The notes beneath the pieces were generated by a model that worked only from the letters and a program-made list of their open reading frames with translations, had not been told where the DNA came from and did not search any database. A program made the position numbers and the translations under genes. A stretch of 64,000 nt of DNA from Chiloscyllium plagiosum (lineage: Eukaryota): NCBI RefSeq assembly GCF_004010195.1, contig NC_057742.1, positions 32,315,101 to 32,379,100 of the forward strand, read 5' to 3'. Positions 38,421 to 50,253 of this stretch are shown here, piece by piece (the stretch's first letter is position 1; each line of letters opens with the position of its first letter).

Positions 38421-39804
38421 TAAATGGCCTCTTCCTCTGGTGTAAGTACTGACAGTTCTTTGAGTTTTCTTGTTGTTCACATTTCCTTATCACCTCTGGT
38501 GTAAGAACAAAATCTCTGTTACTTACATGGCACAAGCAGATAACCAGTAGCTTCAAATATTAGCTATTTTCTCCCAAAGCAAATTAATGTCCTCCTCAAT
38601 GTAACAGTGGCAGAAGCAGCACTGGAATTTATCAGACATAATAATCAGACACATTGTTTCACTCAATTTCCACAGATAGAATGCTCTCCCAAAGATTCAC
38701 TGAACCAACCACCTACTTCATCCAACACTCTGCTTTGTCAACAGTTCTCGCAATATTTGGTCAAAATGCAATTTATTTCTTTGCCAATCTGCTAACAGAC
38801 ATATGTTATGACATAATTAGGCAACCGTCAGGTTTTTTTTTTGTCTCCACTCCTCTTCACTGTAATGGATGATCTGGAGCAGATACTGATTTCTCCAAGG
38901 AGAAAGAGGCAAAGCATTTTATGATACCAGATAGAGTGAGGTATGAATGATGCAATCTCCCAATTACTTACTCACTACCTCATTCCCTCGTCTCCAAAGA
39001 CCATTTGAGAATCTTTCTGACAGGTTGTGCTTAAGGACAGAGGTACACAGAGGCTTGCTGCATGAATGAATTGTTAGAATAGCTGAATAAGTGTATATTC
39101 CACAGAGATAGATCCTCCTACACCAAGAGTGCATTGTAAAGGGTCAATGTCTTGCTTGTGAAGAATTCACTGCAATGCCACTTGATGGAATTGGGGTTAA
39201 ATGAGAAGTGAAGATAGTAACTGATCATTGCATAGTGTTCCACACTATTAACAACTTCTCGGCACTGCAGTATCCTCTGCCCACATGCAGCAAGACTTGA
39301 ACAACATTTAGGCTTGAACTGGTAAGTGGCAAGTAACAGTCCACAACAAAATTACCAAACAATGAAAAACTCCAATAAGAGTGACTTTATCCATCTGACC
39401 TGGACATTCAACAGCATTGTCACTTTTTGAATGCCTTCCTGGAAGATCTGGGATGAGAGATATATTGTAATACCACTATCTCCAAGAATGCTTCCATGTC
39501 ACACACTACTTTGCCTCAGGACCATTGACATGCTTTCATTGTAGTGTGGTCAAATCCCTGAAAGCTGTATCTATCTATCTACGCCACATGGATTGCAGTG
39601 ACTGAAGAGATGACTGAACACCACCTTCTTAAGGACAATTAGAGATGAGAAATAAATACTGCTCTTACCAACAATGCTCACATCCCAAGAATAAATAGAA
39701 ATAAATAATGGTATTGTCACCTCCACTCAGGTGGAGCAAGTGGAATTCCTGACAAGTTCACAAACATAGTCATTGCTCTATACCATTTATTCAATTTCAG
39801 TGAG

Positions 39805-40340
39805 AAATGATAGAGTAATTTACAGCACAAAAGGAAGCCATTCAGCCCATTGAATCTATTCCGGCTTGCTGTGGAGCAACCCAGTCAGCCCCAGTCCCCT
39901 GCTGGTACTTATGCTTCTGGAGACTTATATTGTTCAAATGCTGAACAAGCTTTCTCTTGAAATGATTCCATGTTTCCACTTCCACTACTTTTGTAGTCAG
40001 CAAATTCTGGGCAGTACTACTTGCTATGAAAAGAAACATCCTTCCTCATATTCCTTCAGCATCTTTTGGCCAAGATCTTAAATCTGTGACTCACTATCCC
40101 TTGTGCCATCAGGTAATGGTTAATCATTTCTCTTGTTTACCTTATCTGAGTTTATCATAATCTTGTGCCCTCCCCACATTTTCCTTTGCTCGCAAAGTAA
40201 AGCCAGCCTTTATGATCTAACCTTGTTATTAAAATTCCCATCCATGGAATAGTTCTGGTGAATCTCCACTGAATCTTGTCAAGGGGTCTTCCATCTTTCC
40301 AGAACTACATGTACTGCTCTAGTTGAGTCTTAACCAGATT
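39805..40340 (-). mobile_element. Old CR1 3' fragment
   Basis: KVVEVETWNHFKRKLVQHL on minus and a CR1-like 3' UTR. Confidence 0.6.
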
Positions 40341-42313
40341 CATAATGGCTCATAACAGTGACCTTAAGATTAAACCACCACTAATTGTCTCTCTCTAATA
40401 ATAGAAGGGCTCAGGCCTGAAACGTCAATTCTCCTGCTCCTTGGATGCTGTCTGACCTGCAATAATGCTACTAAGACATCATCTCACTAGTTGGACATTA
40501 ATCCTCCTGTTCCACAAGACTCAATGCTGTTAATCAGCAGTTTATTAAACACTTGCTTAAGATCTAAATAGATAATATTTATTGTTGCCCTTCATCAACC
40601 TGTTACTTTATGAATAAATTCAATTAACTTAGTCAAACACAATTTGCCTTTCACAAATCCTTGCTGACACTTTTTAATTAGTACAAATCTCTCCAAATGT
40701 CTGTTGCCTTTTCCTTAATTATTGTTCTAAAATCTTAAATTAGCTGGCCTGTAGTTTCAAGAACTGTCCTTACTCCCTTTCTTGAATAACTCTTTAATCC
40801 AGCCCAATGTTATGGAATAATAAAACCCCAACGGTGAGGAAGCAGCTCATCGAGTCCACCCCAACCAGATGCAGCACCATTCCGCTCCTCCTCCCCTTCC
40901 CCCGCACCCGTCACTAACAACAACCCTATCCCCATAACCCTACATTAACCGTAGCTAACCCACCTAACCTGCAGATCTCTGGAAATTTATGGGGCATTTT
41001 AAGTTGGCCAATCCACCTAACCTGCATGTCTTTAGATTGTGGATGAAACCCTACTCAGATAGGGGGTGAATGTGCAAACTTCACACAGACAGTCACCTGA
41101 AGCTGGAATCAAGCCTGGATCCCCACCTTGTGTGGTAACCTCCCACATGAGTCAGTGGAAGCTTGAATCAGAAACACAAATGTGTTCTTGTTTTGTGCAC
41201 ATAAACAACATTATGCTGCATTTCACAACTTGTTCCAAATGATTTTACTGTTAACCTTTTTGGTAAGTGTCATAAAGCAATTAATGAGATACATAATAAA
41301 GATTCCAAAGGGTTGAACGAGTAACCAAAGCCCTCCTTTTTCCTCACTTGGTTATCTCCCAGTTTGTTCCTGATGTGCACAGGCTGAACTATCCATTTAA
41401 ATGTTGCATCCATTGAAATTATGTTAATCATGCCTCAAATTGTTATGCACATAAACAGGCACAGGAAACCTCACCTGATCACCAGCAGGTGGATATCTAT
41501 TTCTACTGTTGTAACACAGTGGTGCAGTTCACCACATAGATATTTCTCCCATCACTCCAAAATTGGTTGGTCTACATTTGGTCACCAAATATCTGAATTC
41601 CTGTTGCCTTCCAATAGATTCTTCACCACCTCTGCTATGTATAAACCCCTTATTTCATCTTCAAATTCTCTATGGTTTCTCTTGCCTTAGATGCACTCTT
41701 TAGTCTTCTGATTTGGGATGCCTTTTTCCATTATCCCACTATTGGTGATGGAACATTCAGCTCTCTAATGGTCTCTCTTTTTGATCCTCAATCCTACAAT
41801 TTCTATTGATCTCCATCTCGCTCCTCTACCGATCAAGTTTTTGTCATCTTTCAATGTTATATTCTATGAGTAGACATCTTTTTTTTCTACATAGTTTGAT
41901 TTGATTGGTGTCATAAGGTACATTTTACTCCACTTTTGTTTAAAGTTACCAGCTTGGTAGAAAACGGAAGAGTTTGCGTTGTTAAATTCTTCACTTTAAT
42001 GAATATAAATGACACGCAATGCTTGACTACAACCATTATATAACAATTTTTGTGCTGGGTTGGGCACTTGTGAGACATAGCAAACACCTGATACAGTTCA
42101 AACAGTTTATTTTTGCAACTTAAAAAATATAACATCCAAACAGGAGTTGCATGATATCAAGACGTACTTGACAATCTCTGAATCACTCTGACATTATCAA
42201 GTTTGCAGATTAATTGGCCATTAAAATTAATTCCTGTGTTTATTTTATTCATTCATACGATGTGTCATCACTGGCTAGGCTAGAGTTAACTGATCATCCA
42301 TAATTGCTAATAG

Positions 42314-42407
42314 GATTCCTGAAGAAGGGCTTATGCCCGAAACCTTGATTTTCCTGTTCCCTGGATGCTGCCTGACCTGCTGCGCTTTTCCAGCAACACA
42401 TTTTCAG
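42314..42407 (+). mobile_element. Penelope-like half element with hammerhead motif and 16-bp TSD
   Basis: CCATAATTG(C/T)TAATAG at 42298-42313 and 42408-42423; CTGAAGA AGGGC TTAT GCCC GAAA CC TT GATT. Confidence 0.75.
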
Positions 42408-43869
42408 CCATAATTGTTAATAGACAATTAACTGTGGGTCTGGAGTCACATGTCAAGCAGACCAGGTAGGAATTGCAGATTTACTTCCCTGAAGGACATT
42501 AGTGAACCAGATAATTTTCACTATCATCAAAAGTTGCATTATTGCCACTAGGCTGGCTTTTTATTGAATTCAAATTTCACTATCTACTAGAGTAAGAGTC
42601 AAACCCATGAACCCAGAACATAAGTCTGGTGGTTCTGAATTGAATAATATTGCCACTAAGCCATGACCTTCTATTGGTGTGCGAAACTTGTTTCCTATTT
42701 TCTTTCAACTACTGCACGTGGCTTTCAACTACATTGTTGATGTTGCAATATCACATCTCTGAAATGTACTTAGATACTGCTGCATCTTTTTTTCCAAGCC
42801 CTTTTAGATATGTTTTCAATATAACAATAGGCCCAAGATTTTAAGATAACTTCTATCCAAAATATTTTCCTCTGACAAAAGGAGGAAGAAGTTTTTCGCT
42901 GAGATGTAGAAGACGATGTCACTATTCATTAATTGAAGCTGGTGGCAATGGTCATCGAATACCTTGAGGCATTTCAGAGGCGAGTTCAGAGTCACCACAT
43001 TGCCATGGAGTCACATGTATGCCAGATGAGGCAAATGTGGCAGACTTCCTTCCCTAAAAATATTAGAAACAGATCAACTTTCATCACGGTCAATGTTTAT
43101 GGTCCTATTGCTAAGACTAGGTTTCAACTTCAGATTAGCTCATTGAGTTTAAATTTCACCCAATGCCATTATGGGATTTGAATCCATGTTCCCAAAATAT
43201 TAGCTTAGACCTCTGCATTACCAAATCCAGAAACATTACAAATGCACCATTATTGCTTAGTGGCAATGTTATTGAATTCAGAAACACCAAACTGATGTTC
43301 TGGGTTTATGTGTTTGACTCTTACTCCAGTAGATAGTGAAATTTGATTTCAATAAAAAGCCAGTCTAATGGCTCTGTAAGTTTCTCCTCATCTCAATATC
43401 AAATGTCTATGTTAAGACTGTAACACTCATTCCTAGAAACATCTGTCAGGGAAAATGCACTCACACCATTGACTCTATGAAACAATTCAACATTTTTCAA
43501 TGGATCTCGTCTCATTTTTCTAAGTTCCAGGGAATGGAGATCCTACCTTCTTAACCTATCCTCATAGAACAGTTCCCTCATCCCTGGAATGGTTTTCCCT
43601 CCAAGACTAATGATTCTTCCTCAGGTAAAACGATCAAAATATTTTTAATATCACTGAAGTATGTTCCATTTTAAACTGACAAGGACCTGAGAAGTTTCTG
43701 AAACAAAAAGAGATTTTGCATTTTGGGATTTAAATATGTCATAAAATTATATAAAATTATTTTGTTAGTTCTTGGGACCTGAGAATTACCCAAAGTGAAA
43801 TCTAGATTTGCACTTTTAATATTGAAGAACAGTTTTGTATATTAATTTATCATAGACATTCTTACTTTT

Positions 43870-44000
43870 AATTAAGCAGAAAGTGAAAAATTCCAAATGA
43901 AGAAGTCACTTTGAGAACGGAGTTGAAAGATTCCCTGAAAATACATTGTGGTTAGAAGCAAAATCAATCTGTTTTTATAACGTCAAAGGAATACCCTGGT
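43870..44000 (+). promoter_or_regulatory. IFN-C promoter: IRF element, TATA-like box, CRE half-site and kappaB-like site
   Basis: GAAAGTGAAA at 43879-43888 (PRDI-like); TATAA at 43976-43980 overlapping ACGTCA; GGAATACCC at 43988-43996. The block is conserved in the IFN-D promoter. Confidence 0.62.
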
Positions 44001-44148
44001 GTACATCTTAAAATGGGCCCAGCTCACCCAGAAGGAATATTCCTTAGGAGGGAGAAGGAGTTCAGCTCGTGTTGGTACCCGGAGCTGACGTCTGATTCAG
44101 TCCCACTCTGCAGCTTCAGATCACTGTTTTAGCATTTATTGTTTAAAT

Positions 44149-45534
44149 ATGAACTTTACCGGTGTCTGGGGACTGTGCACTTTGTTTGTCTTGTTGCCTG
44201 GAATCCTGAGCCAGGACTGCCAGAGACTGCAGTTACAGCAAGTGCTAAACAGGGATGCTCTAAAGATCCTGACGGACATGGTGAGTTAATAGAAAGATCA
44301 GTGGTACGGGCAAGACAATTCTCATCTTAAACCTGCAGTTTCTCGGGATATTCTCACTTCCAGAAATTGTTCAGGTTGGGCGTTTTGCATCATGCTATGA
44401 GGAATATCTCCTTGAGAGAATAGTCAAGTATGTATGAAAATACGAAATGAAATGTATGGAAAACAGGACGTTTTTACAGCGGAAGTGGCTGATTTAATTA
44501 GGCAGACAGTTAAATATGTGAGGTAAAATCGGGAAGCAAATTGTTCAGTGATAATGAATAGCCGTAGATGCTTTGGGGGAAACATTTCTAACTACTTGTT
44601 TGTGTTCGGAGCCGCTTCTGACACTTTCTGTCCTATTATAGGGAGGGTCCTTTCCACTGCAGTGTGTAGCAACCAGAGAATCACTGCAAATCGATCCCCT
44701 GGATCTGCACCAGCTCGTCAACCGGTCACAGGTGAGTGTGTTCCTTGTAAACCCTCAGTTCGCCCAGGTGGAATAAATGTAGGGAAATATCTCCAATCCA
44801 GCCAAAACAAGAAGTTTGGCAATGATCCCAAATGTTGGTCTGAAAGTTCAACGTATCTGTGATGAATAAACAGGCTAGAAATGTTTTGAAGTTAATTTCT
44901 TCTTTTTCGTAATTGTTGCTGTTAACTTGTCAGCCAGACACAGGATAGTGCAATAGAAAGCACCTCGGTATTAATCAGTATTGTTAAAAACAATATTGAT
45001 GATGCCTTTGTAAATTCAAACAGCCTATATATTTGCAGTTTCAAATGTCGATTGCAATAGTCAGTTACACGAGAAATGTCCTGTGTATTTTTCTCAGGCC
45101 CAGGAAAAGTTCCAGATTGTCCACCAAACCTTGCGTCACATCAGCAAGATCTACAGCAGGAGCCTGGGGTCAGTCACCTGGTCCCGGGAGAAGGTCGAAA
45201 ACTTTCGTCTTCTCCTGGAACGTCAGCTCCAGGAGTTGGAAACGTGTGTGAGAAAACCAGGAGCTGGGTCCAGGCAGAGGAGAAACTCCGCCATTCTCAA
45301 ATACTTCAAGAAACTGAACAAGTTTCTCAAACAGAAGGTGTGACAATTGATAACTGACTGGCATTCAGTTCATGTCAACCCATTTAAATCTGTTCAATTT
45401 TCTAATGGGGTTTTCTCTATGTTTGCATTTTACAGAAATTCAGTGACTGCTCCTGGGAAATAATCCGCACTGAGACCAGAGCCCGTCTACAACAGCTGCT
45501 GTTCATAACGGGACAACTGAACAAAAGCAACTAA
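44149..45534 (+). CDS. Type I interferon, 4 exons (IFN-C), 186 aa; 4-cysteine, cationic
   Basis: Exons: 44149-44280 MNFTGVWGLCTLFVLLPGILSQDCQRLQLQQVLNRDALKILTDM; 44642-44731 GGSFPLQCVATRESLQIDPLDLHQLVNRSQ; 45098-45337 AQEKFQIVHQTLRH...LETCV...KYFKKLNKFLKQK; 45436-45534 KFSDCSWEIIRTETRARLQQLLFITGQLNKSN*. GT-AG phase-0 introns (361, 366, 98 nt). CSWE variant of the CAWE motif. Confidence 0.95.
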
Positions 45535-45843
45535 GGATTTCCCATTGATACTTATTAAAATCAGGGATCGATTATTATTTAATATTTAAATATTGAAGTT
45601 TTACAGAAGTGTTGCATAGCTCGATTAAGGGAATCAAGCCAGTATAATTCTGAATGACATTTGTTCAGAGTAATCTAATTAACAACATGACCTTAATATT
45701 CAAAGCGAGGTTGATATTTATCTGGAATATGAACATATTTAAAATGCAAAATATTTGTATGTTCAAGTCGCTGAAATATGTATGTTATTTTGTAAACTAT
45801 TTATGACAAGAGATGTTGCTCAATTACACCAATTAGTAATAAA
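45535..45843 (+). promoter_or_regulatory. IFN-C 3' UTR with AU-rich elements and polyA signal
   Basis: About five ATTTA pentamers (e.g. TTATTTAATATTTAAA near 45575-45590) and AATAAA at 45838-45843. Confidence 0.7.
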
Positions 45844-47371
45844 TCTTTTGAATTTTAGCATTTTATTTTGTGGTCTTTGTTTCTACACGAGGTTCATGTC
45901 TGTTGGGAATGTTAGATGACCTGGGTGGCTGATTTGCAGTAACGCCAACAGTTTGGGCTCACTTCCCTGGCTGATGTCCCCATCAAGGACTATCCTCCTC
46001 ACCTTCTCCCCTCACCTGAAGTCTGGTGACCCTAAGTCACCGCTGTCTAATGGTAGAACCATAGGTCTGATCTATGGTAGCTTCTTCATCCTGCAGTTGG
46101 GGAGGGGATGTCGCGTAGCCCAGTATTACCTTGCAGTGCCCTTGAGCTGGGAACTTCCGGTTTCGACTCCCATCTGGAAGGAATCCTAATGACGAGATTC
46201 TAACAGCCATCGTCATAATCTTTCCAAAACTTCCCCACGAGGTGCTAAAGGAAGACGGAATATGAAGATACCATGTTAACACTGTCCTACATGACCCCTG
46301 TGAATACCTGCAGTATAAATATCAGGCACCTTTCTGAAAGAGATCTTGTTACTTTGAGTCGATGATTAGCCTACGGAAAGACTGAATCCGAATACACACA
46401 GATTGGGCATGTACACCAACGGCTCAAACGAGATCGTATTCCAATACTAAATTAGTTTAAATAAGAACGGAGAAACCTTATAACTCTTTTAAACATTTAA
46501 TCGTTATCAATCGGAACACAGTGCAGCTAAACGTGTTAGTTTACATGGTGAAGCTGTAACCTTCTTGCTTCTTTGAAATGTGTGAAGGCATACATTTGGA
46601 ACGTACATTTGGAAATGTTCATGGCTTTTTCATGCAGCCTTCCGAATCCTGATTGCCATTGACTAAATGTTACATTAGAGAGAAAAAAAAATCGAACTAT
46701 TTGCAACGCTGAAGGTAGCTGGATGCGAATTACACAAATTGCAGAGCAATGTAATGAAATCTGAGCAAATGAAACTGCCTCACTGTGTTGGAAGAATGCA
46801 AGTGTAGTCAGAACAGGCAGCACTCGCTGCCCGCTCAGCGTGCAATAACAATTTCCACACGGGAAAAGTTGTTTGAATGTGTCAAGCGAAGAGATGGCGG
46901 CTGTGAATCTCCTCTCTCCGTCACACAGTGCGGTCTCCACTCTGGAACATCAGAAATTCTGGGCAAAACGATTTACCACGTAAATAGATCCCGGCGTTGG
47001 AGTAAATCAGGGTCCGGTCAAATATATTATTTCGTTCAGAGTGCTTACAGTCTCTGTGCTTGTGAATTGCTGTAATTACATTCTCTCACAGCCCAACCTC
47101 CAGATCCGGGTTCACCTGCTACTTTTGTCATTATTGAAAGTTTTTTTCTTGTGAGTCCCTGGGATGAATTCCAGTAAGCGCATTGACTTCTTGTCAGAGC
47201 CATCCACAAAAATGGCCGAGCAGGTAATCATCAATCAGGATCCAACAAAAATTTTCAAGTGTTCATTCGTGGGTGAACAAATTTTGCATTCAAAAAAAAA
47301 TTCTTCTCGTTGGATTTACTTCTAAATGGAGGGGTCGGTTTGCTCGATTGAGAGCGAGAGAGAGAAGGTAG

Positions 47372-49620
47372 CTTTTTATTTGTCATTTCTACCATATACA
47401 TCCGATGCAGTAAAAGCGAGACAGCGTTCCTCCAGTACAGAGGGTGCTACATTGACAGCGCCAACTATAGAATCGTACACGGCATTAAGTGGATAAGCAG
47501 TGCAAAACACACATGTTACAGTGTAACAAAAGAATGATGAATGATTGACATTTTTTCTAGCAGCAAGACGAAAGAATTTTAGATGGGAAAGAATCTGATC
47601 ATACTGTGTTAAGGAGTCGGATGGCTTGGGGAAGAAACTGTTGCAAAGTCTGGCAGTGAGAGACCGAATGATCTGGTATCTTTTGCCCGATGGCAAGAGG
47701 GAGCAGAGTCTGAGTGAGGGGTGTGTGGGGTCTTCCATAATGCTCTTAGCCTTTCGGATGCAGCTTGTAATGGAGGGAAAAGAGACCGCTACGATCTTCT
47801 CAGCTGTCCTCACTATCTGTCGTAGGGTGTTACCATCCGAGATGGTGCAATTCCTGAACCAGGCAGTGATGCAACAACTCAGGGTACTCTCAAAGAACTA
47901 TCTGTAGAATGTGGTAAGATCGGGGAATGCGAGGAGGAGGAGGACTTTCTCAGCCTGCGCAGAGAGTAAAAAAACACTGCTGGGTTTTCTTGGCTCCTGA
48001 GCTGGTGTTGAGGGTCCAGGTGAGATTCTCCACCAGGTGTACACCAAGAAATTTGGTGCTCTTCACGATCTCCACAGGGGAGTCGTCAATGTCCAGTGGA
48101 GAGTGATCTCTCTATGCCCTCCTGAAGTCTATTTTGTTTTGTCCACGTTCAGAGACTCTGGCTCTGCACCAGTCTGTTAGCCGCTGTACCTCCTCTCTGT
48201 ATACTGACTCATCGTTCCTGCTGATGAGGCCCACTCCAGTCGTGTCATCAGCAAACTTGATGATGTGATTGGACCTGTGGATCACTGCACAGTCGTCTGT
48301 CAGCAGGGTGAACTGCAGTGGACTGTCCTGTAGAGTGATGGTGCTGGAGATGCTGTTCCCGATCTGGGCTGACTGAGGTCTCCCAGTCAGGAAGTCCAGG
48401 ATCCAGTTACACAGGGAGGGATTTAGGCCCAGCAGACTCAGCCTTCCAATCAGGTGCTGAGGGATGATGGTGTTAAATGCAGAACTGAAATCTATGATTA
48501 GTAGGCTAACCTTCTTCTCCAGCTGGGTGAGGGCCAGATGGAGGGTGGTGGAATTGGCATCATCTGGTGAGCTGGGTGGATACACGAACGACAGGGTGTC
48601 CAGTGAGGAGGGAAGCAGGGTCTTAATATGTCTCATCATGAGCCTTTCGAAGCACTTCATTTCATGGGTTTAAGTGCAACAGGGTGGTAGGTTATTGAGA
48701 CAGGACGCTGAAGACTTCTTTGGCATGGGGATGATGGCAAAGTCCTTAAAGCACATTGGAACTATGGCGCAGCTCAGCGAGATCTTGAAGATGTCTGTGT
48801 GAATAACCACCAGTACGTCAGAGCACCCTCTGAGCACTCTGCCAGGGATGTTATCTGGTCCAGCAGCCTTACTTGGGTTGACTCTGCATGGAGTTATCCT
48901 CACATTGACCGTGGTAAGACACAGCACCTGGTCATTGGGAGGAGGTGCAGACTTCCTTGCTGCCACATTGTTTCATGCCTCAAACCATGCATAAAAGTTG
49001 TTCAACTCACCCGGGAGTGAGGCATCACCAGCACAAGCAGGCAATGCTGTTCTGTGGATGGTGATGGCCTGGATGCCCTTCCACATGCTCTGCGTATCGC
49101 CTCTGACCTGAAAGTGGCTGTGTACTCTGTGTGTGTGTTTGTACGCTTTACCTCTTTGATGGCCTGGGTCAGGTTGGCCCTCACTGTTGTTAGGGCCACC
49201 TTGTCACCTGTTCTGAAGGCAGAATCACGGGTTCTCAGCAGCGCACACACCTTTGTGGTCATCCAAGGCTTCTGGTTGGGGTGAGACGTGATGGTTTTGG
49301 ACACAGTGATATCATCATTACACTTGCTAATGTCATAAATCACCAAGGGAGTGTACTCCCCTAAGGTGATGGAGTCATCATCGGTTGCCACCTCCTCAAA
49401 CTTGCGCCAGTCAGTGTGCTCAAAACAATATTGAAGAGTAGAAATGGCCTGCTGGCCAGGTTTTCACCTGCTTTGAAATGATTTGACACAACGAGTGGTC
49501 TGTATGCTGGGATTAGCATCACAGAGGTGTGGTCTGAGAAGCTGAGTTGGTGCCCGGACTCTGCCCTATATGGTTTGGGGATGTTTGTGTTAACCAGATT
49601 GGGGGATGTTTGTGTTAACC
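47372..49620 (-). mobile_element. Rex1/Babar-like LINE, decayed ORF2
   Basis: [63 protein letters not shown]. Confidence 0.88.
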
Positions 49621-49675
49621 AGATTGGCTAATTGATTTGAGTGCAGGACAGAATATAACTAATGGCACAGTTCTG

Positions 49676-50253
49676 ATTAGATTAGATTCCCTACAGTGTG
49701 GAAACAGGCCCTTCGGCCAACAAGTTCACACAGACCCTCCAAAGAGCAACCCACGCAAACCCATTCCCCTACATTTACCCCTGATAATGCACCTAACACT
49801 ATGGGCAATTTAGCATGGCCAATTCACTTAACCTGCACATCTTTGGACTGTGGGAGGAAACTGGAGCACCCGAAGGAAACCTATGCAGACACAGGGAGAA
49901 TGTGCCAACTCCACACAGACAGTTGCCCGAGTCAGGAATTGAACCCGGGTCGCTAATGTTTTTTTAGATTAGATTACATTACATTACAGTGTGGAAACAG
50001 GCCCTTCGGCCCAACAAGTCCACACCGCCCCGCCGAAGCACAACCCACCCATACCCCTACATTTACCCCTTACCTAACACTACGGGCAATTTAGCATGGC
50101 CAATGGACTGTGGGAGGAAACCGGAGCACCCGGAGGAAACCCATGCAGACACGGGGAGAACGTGCAAACTCCACACAGTCAGTCGCCTGAGGTGGGATTG
50201 AACCCGGGTCTCTGGCACTGTGAGGCAGCAGTGCTAACCACTGTGCCACCGTG
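49676..50253 (-). mobile_element. Two tandem SINE copies (49676-49952 and 49965-50253)
   Basis: Each begins on plus with (ATTAG)n...CAGTGTGGAAACAGGCC; the second copy retains the tRNA-like head. Confidence 0.85.

Larger units (their letters stand above)
43790..46337 (+). repeat. Segmental duplication copy 1 (paired with 52380-56342)
   Basis: Collinear similarity from the promoter to about 800 nt past the stop codon; similarity ends after CCTTTCTGA. Confidence 0.92.

Noticed and set aside
44548-44862. 104-aa ORF duplicated at 54553-54867 (also 45953-46282 and 55958-56287)
   Set aside because: Off-frame or non-coding sequence that is shared only because of the segmental duplication.
46536-47075. 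ORFs in CpG-containing unique sequence between IFN-C and IFN-D (also 51021-51705)
   Set aside because: No recognisable domain or exon chain; mostly non-ATG starts.
49575-49626. ~25-bp tandem duplication (TTGGGGATGTTTGTGTTAACCAGA x2)
   Set aside because: Local slippage at the truncated end of the Rex1 element; no further significance evident.
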